Source: Polyangiales bacterium
Lineage (GTDB): Bacteria; Myxococcota_A; Polyangia; Polyangiales; Polyangiaceae
Length of the DNA: 64,000 bases
Direction: 5' to 3'
Assembly: GCA_038230375.1 (NCBI GenBank)
Contig: JBBRNJ010000019.1
Coordinates: 1 to 64,000, forward strand
The notes beneath the pieces were generated by a model. It was not told the origin of the DNA. It did not search any database and saw nothing but the letters and a program-made list of their open reading frames with translations. Below are positions 33,649-45,837 of this stretch, one piece after another. The first letter of the stretch is position 1. Each line of letters starts with the position of its first letter. The position numbers and the translations under genes are program-made.

Positions 33649-34506
33649 GTGACCCAGGCAAGCCTGTCCGAGCCGCGGTGCGTGTCTTGCGGACGGACGT
33701 CCGAGATGACCCCGGCTGTTCTTCGCGCGCGGGTCACTCGCGCTGTGCGAGACCTGCGCGACCACGCGGGCGTTCGGCGATGTGCGGGATGGCATTCCGC
33801 GCACCGACCGCGAGACGTTTCGTCCCGATGCCGAGTGCGGGCTCTGCGGGCTCACGAACGGGTTCGGCATTGCCTTCAAGGAGCACACGATCTGCGAGCC
33901 ATGCATCGACGGCGCGTGGTGGGTCGCGACGGCGTCGTGGGAGGAAGAAGACCCTTGCACCTTCTGCGGTGCGCTCGCTGACGCCGGGGAAGAACGCATC
34001 ACGGTGACGGCGCGCGGCGCCATCGAGCTCGGGGCGGGCGCGCCTGCAGTGGAGGCGCTGGTGGAGCTGCTCATAGACGACGTGAAGAGCAACGCGCGGC
34101 CCGCGCTCCCAACGTTCGCGGTGATCCTGGGGACCATCGCCGCGAACCGATGTGTTGCGTCGAAGCGATTCATTGCGCGCATGGAGCTCCTGATGGCGAG
34201 CCCGCTCGCAAAGGCAGGCCGCATGGACGACGCACGCGCCGTGTACGAACGTGCGATCGCCCTCTACGAGCCGTATGCCGACGACGGTGAGGGCGCACCG
34301 ACCCGCAATCTGGCGGCAGCCTGCATCAACCTGGCGGTGAGCTTCTGATGCGCCTCGTAGGCGATCGCCAGGTCGCTACGCACGGCAATGCAGAGGACGG
34401 CTATCAGTACATCTCGGGACCCGGCTGCTTCATCTGTGATGAGTGCGTGGAGGTCTCGAACGAGATCATCGCGGAGGAAGTCGAGAAGGAGGCGACTGAG
34501 ACCTGA
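33649..34506 (+). pseudogene. Frameshifted/split multi ClpX-type C4 zinc-finger locus with a TPR-like segment
   Basis: CVSC and CETC lie in different frames across the C-run 33710-13; then CGLC-x15-CEPC, an orphan CTFC, and a separate ORF 34348-34506 carrying ISGPGCFICDECVEVSNEII. Confidence 0.6.
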
Positions 34507-34589
34507 GGCGACGACCAGCTGGAGCGATCCAGCGTGTGCGTCACGGGGCTCGCCGGGTGAGGAGGTTGTCGAGTATGGTCTCGTTGATC

Positions 34590-35720
34590 ATGGAACCCGA
34601 CAAAGAGTCCCTGGAGTCGCTACGCGCGGAGCTCAGTGCGTGCGACAGCGCGCTCGTGTCGCAGATGGCCGAGCGCATGCGCCTGGTTCGGAAAGTCACG
34701 GAGCTGAAGCAGGACCAGGGGCTCCCCGCGTTCGACCGAGCGCGCGAGGCGGCGCTGCTCGCGGAGCTGGAGCAGGCGGGTGATGCCGCGGAGCTCTCGC
34801 GCGAGATCACGCGCGACGTGTACGCGGTGCTCTTCACGGCGTCGCGCGCGGCGCAGCGGACGTCGCTCGTCGCCGCGGTGCCCAGGATGTCCGTGGCGAT
34901 CATCGGGGGCACGCAGGGCATGGGCGCCTTCTTCGTGCGCGAGCTCGCGGCTGCCGGCTTCGAGGTGGAGCACAACGGTCTCGGCGAAGGACCGACGAAC
35001 GTGGAGCTCGCGGGTCGCCACGATCTCGTGATGGTCGCCGTGCCCATCAACGCGACGGAGGCCGTCATCCGTGAGATCGGCCCCTACGTGCGCACTGGCG
35101 CGATCCTGGTCGACGTGACCTCCGTGAAGAGCGCGCCGCTCAAGGCGATGATGGAGAGCACCCAGGACGACGTGTCTGTCGTCGGCACCCACCCGATGTT
35201 CGGGCCCTCCACGTCGGGCTTCGACCGTCAGAAGGTTGTATTATGCAAGGGTCGCGGCGACCCAGCATTTGCCACCATCAAGCGCCTGTTCGAGGCGTTC
35301 GGTGCAGAGTGCATAGAGGCCACGGCGGAGGAGCACGACTCGCAGATGGCGCTCATCCAGGTGCTGATCCACGAGAAGACCATGGTGCTCGGCAGCGTGC
35401 TCGAGCGTCTGAAGGCGAGCCTCTCGCGCAGCCTGGACTTCGCGAGCCCCATCTACCGGACCGAGCTCGCGATGATCGGCCGCATGTTCTCGCAGGGCGC
35501 GGACCTCTATGCGGACATCCTCACGTCGAACCCCGAGGCGTCGCGCCTCTCTCACCTGTTCGAGCAAGAGGCCGCCTACTTCGCGCGCGCCGTGGCGATG
35601 GGCGATCGCGAGACCGTCATCCGCCGCTTCAAGGACGTCGCGCTCTACATGAACGACTTCGCCGCGTGGGCAAAGACGCAGTCCGACAGTATTCTCCGCG
35701 ACCTGGTCCGTCATGGTTGA
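34590..35720 (+). CDS. tyrA: Bifunctional chorismate mutase/prephenate dehydrogenase
   Basis: N-terminal AroQ-type domain (LRAELSACD...ER...K...DRARE); IIGGTQGMG, DVTSVK, GTHPMFGP, EEHDSQMALIQ. Confidence 0.9.
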   Translation: MEPDKESLESLRAELSACDSALVSQMAERMRLVRKVTELKQDQGLPAFDRAREAALLAELEQAGDAAELSREITRDVYAVLFTASRAAQRTSLVAAVPRMSVAIIGGTQGMGAFFVRELAAAGFEVEHNGLGEGPTNVELAGRHDLVMVAVPINATEAVIREIGPYVRTGAILVDVTSVKSAPLKAMMESTQDDVSVVGTHPMFGPSTSGFDRQKVVLCKGRGDPAFATIKRLFEAFGAECIEATAEEHDSQMALIQVLIHEKTMVLGSVLERLKASLSRSLDFASPIYRTELAMIGRMFSQGADLYADILTSNPEASRLSHLFEQEAAYFARAVAMGDRETVIRRFKDVALYMNDFAAWAKTQSDSILRDLVRHG

Positions 35721-35755
35721 CACCAGACCGCGGTGACCGTGACGCCCGAGAACCG

Positions 35756-36952
35756 TCAGCCTTTGATGACGCCGAGCTCACGTCCCACCTTGGTGAACGC
35801 TGCGATCGCGCGGTCGACCTGTGCCTCCGTGTGATCCGCGGAGAGCTGCACGCGGATGCGCGCCTCGCCCTTCGGCACCACGGGGTAGTAGAAGCCAATG
35901 ACGTAGATGCCCTCGGTGAGCAGCTTTGCGCTCACCTCCTGCGAGAGCTTCGCGTCGCCGAGCATCACGGGAACGATGGGATGGATGCCCTCCTTGATCG
36001 TGAAGCCCGCCTTCTGCATGCCGTCGCGGAACTGCTTCGCGTTGCGCATGACGCGGTCGCGCAGCTCCGTGCTCTTGCCCAGCAGCGACAGCACGGCGAC
36101 GGACGCCCCCGCGATCGCCGGCGGGATCGAGTTGGAGAAGAGGTACGGCCGCGAGCGCTGACGCAGCAGCTCGACGATCTCCTTCTTGCCCGTGGTGAAG
36201 CCGCCCGCCGCGCCGCCGAGCGCCTTGCCCAGCGTGGACGTCATCACGTCGATGCGCGACGCCACTCCGCAGTGCTCGGGAGTGCCGCGGCCGGTCTTGC
36301 CGATGAAGCCGCTCGCGTGGCTGTCGTCCACCATCACGAGCGCCTGGTATTTCTCGGCCAGATCGCAGATGGCATCCAGCTTGGCCAGGTAGCCGTCCAT
36401 GGAGAACACGCCGTCCGTCGCGATCATGCGCAGGCGTTTTCCCTGCGTCGCCTTCAGCATCTCCTCGAGCGCGCTCATGTCGCCGTTCGGGTAGCGATGG
36501 CGCTCGGCCTTGCAGAGGCGGATGCCGTCGATGATGGAGGCGTGGTTGAGCGCGTCGGAGATGATCGCGTCCTCCTCGCCCAGCAGCGTCTCGAAGAGGC
36601 CGCCGTTCGCGTCGAAGCACGAGCTGTAGAGGATGGTGTCCTCGGTGCCGAAGAACTGCGAGACCTTGCCCTCCAGCTCCTTGTGGAGATCCTGCGTGCC
36701 GCAGATGAAGCGCACGGAGCTCATGCCAAAGCCGTGCGTCTTGATGGCCTCGTGCGCAGCGGCGATCACGTCCGGATGCGAAGACAGACCAAGGTAGTTG
36801 TTCGCGCAGAAGTTCAAGACCTTCTGGTTGTCCGTGCCCACAGTGATCTCCGCCGACTGCGGCGTCTTGATGACGCGCTCCCGCTTGAAGAGCCCCTGCG
36901 AGTCAATGTCCTTCAGCGTGGCCTCGAAGATGTCTTTCGCGCGTCCGTACAT
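35756..36952 (-). CDS. kbl: 2-amino-3-ketobutyrate CoA ligase (glycine C-acetyltransferase)
   Basis: [58 protein letters not shown]. Confidence 0.97.
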   Translation of the reverse strand: MYGRAKDIFEATLKDIDSQGLFKRERVIKTPQSAEITVGTDNQKVLNFCANNYLGLSSHPDVIAAAHEAIKTHGFGMSSVRFICGTQDLHKELEGKVSQFFGTEDTILYSSCFDANGGLFETLLGEEDAIISDALNHASIIDGIRLCKAERHRYPNGDMSALEEMLKATQGKRLRMIATDGVFSMDGYLAKLDAICDLAEKYQALVMVDDSHASGFIGKTGRGTPEHCGVASRIDVMTSTLGKALGGAAGGFTTGKKEIVELLRQRSRPYLFSNSIPPAIAGASVAVLSLLGKSTELRDRVMRNAKQFRDGMQKAGFTIKEGIHPIVPVMLGDAKLSQEVSAKLLTEGIYVIGFYYPVVPKGEARIRVQLSADHTEAQVDRAIAAFTKVGRELGVIKG

Positions 36953-37012
36953 GACGGCGAACGCTACCACAGGGCTAATGATCGGCCGCGGGCGTACCGT
37001 CATGCACGGAGC

Positions 37013-37990
37013 ATGAAGAAACGAGCTCTCCTCCTGTCACTTCTGGTCGCGGCCTGCGGAGCGAACCCGGACGCGCCTTCCGGTGCGGCGCGCGCCGAGC
37101 TCACGCCTCCGCCTGCCAGGAATTTACCGGTGGGCCGGTCTGCGGCGCGCTCCGCGGTGAGCGCCGACCCGCGGTTTGCGTCCGTGGAGAGCCCAGCGGT
37201 TCCCGTGATGCTCTTCCACCAGATCTGTCCCATGGCGTGCCCTTCCGATGCCACGTACGGCATGACGGCCGTCGATTTCGACGCGTTGCTCACGACGCTC
37301 GAGGCGCTCGGATACGAGACAGTGTCCAGCGCGGACTTCGCGGCGTTCCGGAGAGGGCGCTCGGTCGCGATGCCATCGCGCCCGATCTATCTCACGTTTG
37401 ACGACGGTCGCGAGGACGCGTACGCAGGCGCCACGAACGCGCTCCGGGCGCACCACGCGCGCGCGACCATGTTCGTGATCACGAACGTGCCGGGCGGCGT
37501 GAACCCATTTTACATGAGGTGGTCCGAGATCGAGCAGGCGTGGGCGTCGGGCACGTGGGACATCGAGTTGCATGCGCACGCGGGACACACCACCGTTCCG
37601 ACCTCCGCCACGACCACGGGCCATTTCTTCGCGTGGCAGGAGTGGAGCACGAACGGCGGGAGCGAGACGCTGTCTGCATGGCGCGCGCGGACGCAGGCGG
37701 ACATAGAGACGGGGGAGGCCCAGCTCGCCGCGCACCTTCCCGCGCATGTGACGCACGCGTTCGCGGTCCCCTTTGGCGACTACGGGCAACAGAACTCCGT
37801 CGACCCGGAGATCAAGGCGGAGCTCCGCGAGTATCTCGATGCGAACTACGAAGCGTGGTTCACGCAACCCGGCGTTGACCCGCCCTTCGCGCGCCTCAGC
37901 CCCGGCGGCGAGACCTACCGCTACACTGTCTTCAACACGACCACGGTCGAGGCGATCACCGCCTGGCTCGCGAAGCCCGCGGCGCCCTGA
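37013..37990 (+). CDS. Polysaccharide deacetylase (CE4, PgaB/IcaB-like) lipoprotein
   Basis: Lipobox [29 protein letters not shown]. Confidence 0.85.
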   Translation: MKKRALLLSLLVAACGANPDAPSGAARAELTPPPARNLPVGRSAARSAVSADPRFASVESPAVPVMLFHQICPMACPSDATYGMTAVDFDALLTTLEALGYETVSSADFAAFRRGRSVAMPSRPIYLTFDDGREDAYAGATNALRAHHARATMFVITNVPGGVNPFYMRWSEIEQAWASGTWDIELHAHAGHTTVPTSATTTGHFFAWQEWSTNGGSETLSAWRARTQADIETGEAQLAAHLPAHVTHAFAVPFGDYGQQNSVDPEIKAELREYLDANYEAWFTQPGVDPPFARLSPGGETYRYTVFNTTTVEAITAWLAKPAAP

Positions 37991-38034
37991 CCGTGGCGGA
38001 AACGGGCTGCTAAGCCCTTCCGAGGAATGCTACC

Positions 38035-39050
38035 GTGCGCGCCATGCAACAGCCCGTCGTGCTGGTCACAGGCGCCAACGGTGAGATCGGTCGCGCCCTC
38101 CTCGAGCGATTGCATCGCGAAGGAAAGTACCGCGTCGTCACCGTTGATCTGACGCCGCTCCCCGAGCGCCTGCGCCCCATGTGCCTGGAGACCTATGCCG
38201 GCAACATCATGGATCGCTACCTGCTCGATCAGATCGCCGCGCATCACGAGATCGAGGTGGTCTTCCACCTTGCGGCGCTGCTCTCCACACGTGGCGAGCG
38301 CGACCCGGAGCTCGCGCACCAGGTCAACGTCGAAGGCACGCTGCACCTGATGCGCGTCGCCCAGAACCAGTCGGGTCGCCTGGGGCGCGCGGTGCGCTTC
38401 ATCTTCCCCAGCTCCATCGCCGTGTACGGCATGCCCAGCGTCGCCGAGAAGGTGAAGGCCGGCCGCGTGCGCGAGGATCTCTACAACCTTCCCATCACCA
38501 TGTACGGCTGCAACAAGCTGTACTGCGAGCAGCTCGGTCGCTACTTCGCGCACCACTACCGTCAGCTGGGCGCGCTTGCGGGCGCCGCGCGTCTCGACTT
38601 TCGCTCCATTCGCTTTCCGGGCCTCATCTCCGCCGAGACAGTGCCCACTGGCGGCACCAGCGACTTTGGTCCGGAGATGCTCCATGCAGCCGCGCAGAAG
38701 CACCCGTACACCTGCTTCGTCGGGCCAGACGCGAAGATCCCGTTCATGACCATGCCCGACGCCGTGCGCGCGCTCCTCATGCTGCTCGAGGCCGACCCGA
38801 AGAAGCTCTCGACGACCATCTACAACATCGGCGCATTCAGCGCGTCCGCCAAGGAGATCGCCGACCGCGTGAAGGCGGCGTTTCCAGGCGCACAGATCGA
38901 CTACCAGCCGGACCCTGTCCGCGCGAAGATCGTCGACTCGTGGCCGGAGGACGTGGACGACACCCGCGCGCGCGAGGACTGGGGCTGGAAGCCCTCCTAC
39001 GATTTCGCGCGCGCCTTCGACGAGTACCTGGTCCCGGGCATCGCGAACCG

Positions 39051-39075
<25 letters not shown>
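38035..39075 (+). CDS. SDR-type L-threonine 3-dehydrogenase (NAD-dependent epimerase fold)
   Basis: TGANGEIG, HLAALLS, PSSIAVYG, YGCNK, RFPGLIS, PTGGTSDF, IVDSWP; close to kbl. Confidence 0.85.
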
Positions 39076-40153
<1,078 letters not shown>

Positions 40154-40157
<4 letters not shown>

Positions 40158-41545
40158 AGCGAGTTCGTCAGGGCCTCCGTCGCCTTCTTCATCTCGTCTT
40201 CTTCTGCGGCGCTCGCAGGCGGCGCGTCCGCGGGCTTCGCGCCCTTGCCCGGCTTGGGCTTCGCAGGCTTCGGATCTGCCGACGCCTTCGGTGGATCCGC
40301 CTTTGCGATCGGCGCGTCGGCGGCCGCGGCTGCGGCCGGTGTTGCTGCTGCGGGTGTCTCGCTGTCTGTCTTCGGTGCTTCACGGTGGCGTGCACGGGCA
40401 GGCGCTGCAGCGGGCGTTGGGATCGCCACGACAGGAACGGAAATGACGGGCGGGACCGGCGCTGTCGCTGGAGCGGCTGCCGCCTGCGGATCGCTCGGAG
40501 GCACGGCGGGCGTGGCGACCGTGGGGGACGCGGCAATCGCAGACGGCCCGCCATCCACCGCAACGCCCGTTGGCCGTGCAACGACGGGTGCGGCGCCCTT
40601 GTCGTCTGCAACCAGCGCCGCTGCGGCAACCGGGGGCTGAGCCGCCGGTGGAGTGGGGGGCGCTGGGCTTTGCGCCGCGAAGGCGCCGGCGGGGAGCGTG
40701 ATGCGGTGCGTTCGGACTCCGTAATAGCCACCGCCGCCGATGATCCCAAGCACCACCAGCGCGAGCAGTACACCCGAGAACCCGCGGCCCTTCTTCTTCT
40801 CGATGAAGACAGGGGGCATCTTCTGCGCGCCCGGCACGATGCGCGGAATGGGCGCGGACTGCGACGCGTGTGGGGAGGACAGTGGTGGTGCCTGCGACAC
40901 CGCATGTGATGAGCTCGACGGCGGCGCGGCACGCGAGAATGGCGGCGGCTGCATCTGTTGCGGCGGTGGATACTGCGGCTGCGCCATCACCGCCGTGTTG
41001 CCAAGCTGCGGTCCGCTGCCGTGTGCCTGGGGCACATGCGAGTGCGGCTGTGGGAGCATGCCCGCGGCCCGTTGTGGCGCGTGCTGTGGCGCGGCGTGAT
41101 TGGGGAACATCGCGGGATTCGGCTGGATGGTCAGCGGCTGCGTCAACAGCATGCGCTGGTAGTCGGTTCGCGCCTGCTCCGTCTGCGGCGCCGACTGCGC
41201 CCTGAACGCGACCGTCGGCGCGTCGAGCTGCGCGATGGCAACAGTGCGCTGCTCTCGGTCCGCCGGATGCGGAAGCGCCTCGGTCACGCTCATCGCCCAG
41301 CCCCGCATGGCGCCTGCCTTCGCACCTGGCAGCGGCCCATCGCCAATCGGTGATGAGATGGGCGAGGAGAGCAGCTCGTTGAGGAGGGCCTCGTTGTCCT
41401 CTGGCGCGACCGCCATCGTTCGCGACTCGCCGAGCTCCCCGATGCCGAGCGTGAGCTCGTCGTCGCTGATGGGGGAGTTGAACAGCCGCGTCGGGTCTTC
41501 GTCGCCGACTGCGTTGCCGCCTCCCCGGTGCTTCGGGGTCGCCAT
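40154..41545 (-). CDS. Hypothetical Pro/Ala-rich single-pass membrane protein
   Basis: Low-complexity N- and C-termini around KKKGRG-TM; start MATPKH. Confidence 0.65.
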
Positions 41546-41640
41546 CACTTCAAATGATAGGCCACCCCCCGGCCGTTGCACTGCTTTTTGGGGCCGTCGC
41601 AGGCGTTCAGTGCGGGTGCGCCTTTGCCCCAACGGTGGGC

Positions 41641-42225
41641 TCAGCTCGGGCCGGCCAGCGTCACGTAGAGAACGGGCACCGCGATCCCGAGTCCCACGAG
41701 GACGGCGCCTCGAAACATGAAGCCCTTCTTTCCGGGGATCATGAAGATGCCGGAGAGGCTCAAAAACAGCAGGATCGCTGCGTAGCCGTCGGCCACGTAC
41801 GTCCACGCCCTCTTGCCGCGGTTGAGATGCAGCCAGTTCGCGACGCGCAGGAAGAAGCGTGGCTTCTGCCCCTCGTCGACCACTTGCCCGGTCTTCGCGT
41901 TCACGTGCAGGCTCCGCTTGTCGAGCGTCACGTCGATCTCGTCGTCGGAGCGCCGGTACACCTCGCGTGTCTCCTGCGTGATGTGGAGTGACTTCTTCAC
42001 GCGCGCCGCTATCTCGTCGTCGGTGCCGGTCATCGGCCCGAGCTCGTGCGTCTCCGCGTACGTCTGGAAGCTCGCGTCACCGTCGCTCCAGTCCGTGAGA
42101 TGGTTCACCGCGATCCCCGAGAGCGCATAGATGAACGTGAGCCCGACCACGATGTACCCCGCGTCACGATGAATCGCGCGCAGCCACGGACGCCACGCGA
42201 GCTTCTTCTTCGCGGCCTCAGCCAT
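41641..42225 (-). CDS. PepSY-associated TM helix domain protein
   Basis: HRDAGY...YALSGIAVNH, NWLHLNRG, three TM helices. Confidence 0.85.
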   Translation of the reverse strand: MAEAAKKKLAWRPWLRAIHRDAGYIVVGLTFIYALSGIAVNHLTDWSDGDASFQTYAETHELGPMTGTDDEIAARVKKSLHITQETREVYRRSDDEIDVTLDKRSLHVNAKTGQVVDEGQKPRFFLRVANWLHLNRGKRAWTYVADGYAAILLFLSLSGIFMIPGKKGFMFRGAVLVGLGIAVPVLYVTLAGPS

Positions 42226-42928
42226 ACCGCTCCTCTTTCCACGGGTCCGCGTGATTGTGGTACCCGCGCGTCTCCCAGTAGCCCGGCCTGTCCGCCGCGA
42301 CGAAGCGAATGCCCGTCAGCCACTTCGCGCTCTTCCAGAAATACAGGTCCGGCACGAGCATCCGCACCGGCGCCCCGTGCGGAACGCGCAGCGCCTGCCC
42401 CGCGTGGCGATGCGCTACCATCACGTTCGGCGCCATCGCGTCACGCAGTGGCACGTTCGACGTGTAGCCCGCGACGGCCTCGAAGACGACATGGCGCGCG
42501 GTGTTCTTCAGCTTCGCGCGCGCGGCCAGATCGGAGAGGCGCACGCCGGTCCATTTGGAGTCCAGCATCGTCCACTTCGTCACGCAGTGCACGTCGCACG
42601 TCTGCTCCACCTGCGGCATGCGGAGTAGCTCCGCGAAGTCGATCTCGAACGGCGCGTCGACCTCACCCCACACCTTCAGCTTGTAGGCGCCGGGGCTCGG
42701 ATCGCCCTCGGTGCCGCCCATGGGTCGCAGCGCCTTCAGCAGGTACTGACTCGGCGGGAGGCGCGGGCGTCCGTCGGGGCGCTTGGTCTCTCTCGCGTTC
42801 TTCTCCTCCTCCTCGCTTGCGAGCACGTAGCTGCTCCCTCCGAGCGCGGTCACCACTGCTCCGGCGGTCAGCCCGCCAAGGAAGATGCGGCGGCTCATCG
42901 AAGGTCGAAACGGCTTGGAGTCGTCCAT
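42218..42928 (-). CDS. Molybdopterin-dependent oxidoreductase (sulfite oxidase family) with Tat-like signal
   Basis: SRRIFL twin-Arg; DVHCVTKW, HGAPVR, YFWKSAKW, GYWETRGYH. Confidence 0.9.
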   Translation of the reverse strand: MDDSKPFRPSMSRRIFLGGLTAGAVVTALGGSSYVLASEEEEKNARETKRPDGRPRLPPSQYLLKALRPMGGTEGDPSPGAYKLKVWGEVDAPFEIDFAELLRMPQVEQTCDVHCVTKWTMLDSKWTGVRLSDLAARAKLKNTARHVVFEAVAGYTSNVPLRDAMAPNVMVAHRHAGQALRVPHGAPVRMLVPDLYFWKSAKWLTGIRFVAADRPGYWETRGYHNHADPWKEERYG

Positions 42929-43000
42929 GGTTGTCCTGTCCTCAGTCGAGCCTACGCACGAAGGCCCCCTTCGGTAACGGTCCTTGCTATGTAGGCTTCC

Positions 43001-44635
43001 GTGCCTGGTCACGCAAATCTGAGGCCCCTCCTCGACGATCCCGGGTTTTCGCCCAAAGACAGGGATGTTGCAGCGCTCACGTCAATGCTGGCGGAGGCGG
43101 ACGACGAGCTCGGCGCCAAGCTGGAAAGGGCGCTCCTACGGAAGCCGGATGCCGCGTCGAAGGCCGCCGCGGAGCAGCTCGCGGGGGTAGCCTCTGCGTT
43201 CGCTGTACGCCTGTGTCGCCTGCTGTCGAAGCTGGGGAGCCGCGAAGGAAGCGTCACGGCCCTCCTTCCCGCGCTGACCGTCGATGACAGTCGCACGCGT
43301 CGTGCGGCCGCCCGGGCGCTCGGAAACATGCAGGATGCACGCATCGAGGACGCGCTCCTCGACGCGTGGGAGAAGGCAACGGCGCCGGAGGAGCGCAAGG
43401 TCCTCGCGGACGCGCTCGGCAAGACCGGGGGGCCCAAGGCGCTGCGTGCGCTCTTGGCCGCGGAGGCGGATCGCGGCCACGGCGACGCGTTGCTCGACAA
43501 GAAGCAGACGCGAGCGAAGCTAGCGATCTCGCGCACCATTGCACGCGGCGACCATGCGGAGATCGACACGCAGAGGCGCCCGAAAGTAGCCCTCCCGATC
43601 GTGTTTCGTTGCCGCGACGGGCTGGAAGAGATGCTCGCGACTGAGCTCGCGGACTTCGCCACGCGGAAGGTCACGCCGGGCCGCGTCCCGGGCACGCTGG
43701 AGTCGCCGCTCACGCTCGCGCGCGCGCTCGAGGCACGCCTGGCGCTGTCAGTGGCGTTCCCGCTCCCGGAGCAGCGCATCGGCAAGGCAGGGCTGGCCGC
43801 TACCATCGTCGCCGCCATCCTCTCCTCCGACGCCGCGGCCGTGTTTGATGCGTTCACGCCCAAGGGCACGATCACCGTTCGGCTCTCCTTCACCGGCGCG
43901 GGTCATCAGCGTGCCCTCGCGTGGGATGTAGCGGAGCGGCTGTCGCAGGAGAACACGCGCATCGCGAACGATCCCACGGACGCCACCTGGTCGTGCGACG
44001 TGCGCGCGTTCGCGGAGTCCGTGAAGGTGGAGCTGTCTCCGCGATCCGTGCAGGATACACGCTTTGCCTATCGCCTGCGGGATGTGCCCGCGGCAAGCCA
44101 TCCCACCATCGCTGCGGCGCTCGCACGGGTGGCGCGTCCACAAAAGCGCGACGTGGTGTGGGACCCGTTCTGCGGCTCGGGCGCGGAGCTCATCGAGTGC
44201 GCGCGGCTTGCACCGGGGCTCACGCTCTTGGGCACTGACACCAGCGAGGAAGCGCTTGCCGCCGCACGCGAGAACCTCGGGGCCGCGAGCATGGTCGCGG
44301 AGCTGTCGCTTGCGGACGCGCGCACGTTCACGCCGAAGCGGGCCCCTGATCTGATCGTGACGAACCCGCCGATGGGCCGCAGGGTGCAACGCACGGGCGA
44401 GCTGCGCACCCTGCTCGCGGACTTCGTGACGCACGCCGCCGACGTCCTCGCGCCAGGTGGAGCGCTCGTATGGCTCTCACCCCAGCCTGAGCTTCGTGAC
44501 GTGGCGGTCCTGGCGGGGCTCCGCGTGGCCTACGAGCGCCGCGTGGATCTCGGCGGATTCTTCGCGATGCTCCTTCGGCTGGAAAAACCCGCCGCACCAA
44601 GCGAGCCCACGCGTCGCCGCATCGTCGGGCGTTAG
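43001..44635 (+). CDS. HEAT-repeat + THUMP-like + class I RNA methyltransferase (RlmL/Trm14-like) fusion
   Basis: RRAAARALG and LADALG HEAT repeats; GLEEMLATEL; WDPFCGSG; TNPPMG. Confidence 0.8.
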   Translation: MPGHANLRPLLDDPGFSPKDRDVAALTSMLAEADDELGAKLERALLRKPDAASKAAAEQLAGVASAFAVRLCRLLSKLGSREGSVTALLPALTVDDSRTRRAAARALGNMQDARIEDALLDAWEKATAPEERKVLADALGKTGGPKALRALLAAEADRGHGDALLDKKQTRAKLAISRTIARGDHAEIDTQRRPKVALPIVFRCRDGLEEMLATELADFATRKVTPGRVPGTLESPLTLARALEARLALSVAFPLPEQRIGKAGLAATIVAAILSSDAAAVFDAFTPKGTITVRLSFTGAGHQRALAWDVAERLSQENTRIANDPTDATWSCDVRAFAESVKVELSPRSVQDTRFAYRLRDVPAASHPTIAAALARVARPQKRDVVWDPFCGSGAELIECARLAPGLTLLGTDTSEEALAAARENLGAASMVAELSLADARTFTPKRAPDLIVTNPPMGRRVQRTGELRTLLADFVTHAADVLAPGGALVWLSPQPELRDVAVLAGLRVAYERRVDLGGFFAMLLRLEKPAAPSEPTRRRIVGR

Positions 44636-44646
44636 CGGCGACAGCG

Positions 44647-45735
44647 TCAGGCGTTGGACGGCTCGATCGACTCGGCCTTCCACGCACGGACGGGATTCAC
44701 GCGCGCCTTCAGCATTGCGATGATGTCGTCGTCCGAGCGCTCCTTGCCGTCCAGCCGGACGAAGCGGCGCGCAAGCGTCTTCCACTGACGCGTCCACAAG
44801 AGGATCGACACCATGAAGAAGTCCACGCCTTCGAACACGAGCGCGCCTTCCTTGACGTACGCGTCGATGTTGCCCTCGAGCTCCGCCGGCATTTCGGTCC
44901 AGTGCCGGTTCGCGCGGAGGTGGTGGCCAATGTGGTAGCCGTCGTTGAAGCAGCGCTCGTTGTACGTGGAGTTGATGCACGTGATCGAGTTTGCGAGCCC
45001 ATCATTCTTGTGGTCGGTGTTGATGAACGCGTGCTGGCCCCAGTTGCCGACCATCATCATGAAGCGGATGACCACCGCGGGCAGCAGGAACGCGACAAGC
45101 CCGAAGCGGAAGTCCACGAAGCGCATCACCAGCGCGATCACCGTGATGTGCGCGATCTCGCCGAGCACCAGACGCCTCGCCATGGTGAAGCGCCGCGCGC
45201 GCCGGAGGTAGGCAGACACCTCGAAGATGCCAAGGAAGAAGAAACGGAAGAAGTAGACGAGGAAATGCAGGAAGCTGTCGCGCTGGTAGCCCAGCGTGGA
45301 GGACAGGTCCTTCTGCATGTTGTCCTCCGCATGGTGCATCCCCATGTGGTGCTCGCGGTAGCCCGTGGGGATGCCGAAGAAGAACGACATCATGTACGGG
45401 TGCGCGCGGCCCAGGAGCTTTGGTGCCTTGATGAACGGCCGATGCATCGTGTTGTGGAGCATCAGGATCACGGGCGGCACCAGGTAACCCCAGAGGGCAA
45501 GGTACACGGCCGCCGCGCCCAGCTTCGCGAGCTCCGGGACCCGCGGGTCGTGCACGCGTAGCGCGAAGAACAGCGCCGCCATCAGGACGACCATCGTGGC
45601 GATCATCTTGATGGTCAGGCGGACGAAGATCTCGTCGCGGGCCTCGAACAGAGCGCCTTTGCAAAAACGCGACAGGGCCGAGTCCCCATACCTGGGGGCC
45701 GCCTTGGGGTCCTTGATCTCGAACGGAAGCGCCAT
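44647..45735 (-). CDS. Membrane fatty-acid desaturase family protein
   Basis: His boxes HNTMH, HHMGMHH, HIGHH; TM segments. Confidence 0.85.
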   Translation of the reverse strand: MALPFEIKDPKAAPRYGDSALSRFCKGALFEARDEIFVRLTIKMIATMVVLMAALFFALRVHDPRVPELAKLGAAAVYLALWGYLVPPVILMLHNTMHRPFIKAPKLLGRAHPYMMSFFFGIPTGYREHHMGMHHAEDNMQKDLSSTLGYQRDSFLHFLVYFFRFFFLGIFEVSAYLRRARRFTMARRLVLGEIAHITVIALVMRFVDFRFGLVAFLLPAVVIRFMMMVGNWGQHAFINTDHKNDGLANSITCINSTYNERCFNDGYHIGHHLRANRHWTEMPAELEGNIDAYVKEGALVFEGVDFFMVSILLWTRQWKTLARRFVRLDGKERSDDDIIAMLKARVNPVRAWKAESIEPSNA

Positions 45736-45837
45736 CGGTGACCGTGAACTAGCGAATTTCCGGCCATGCGCAAACGAAACCGTGCGCGAAGAAGGTGCGC
45801 AGCAGCGTTCTTGCCCGGATCCGCGCGACTTTCTGCC

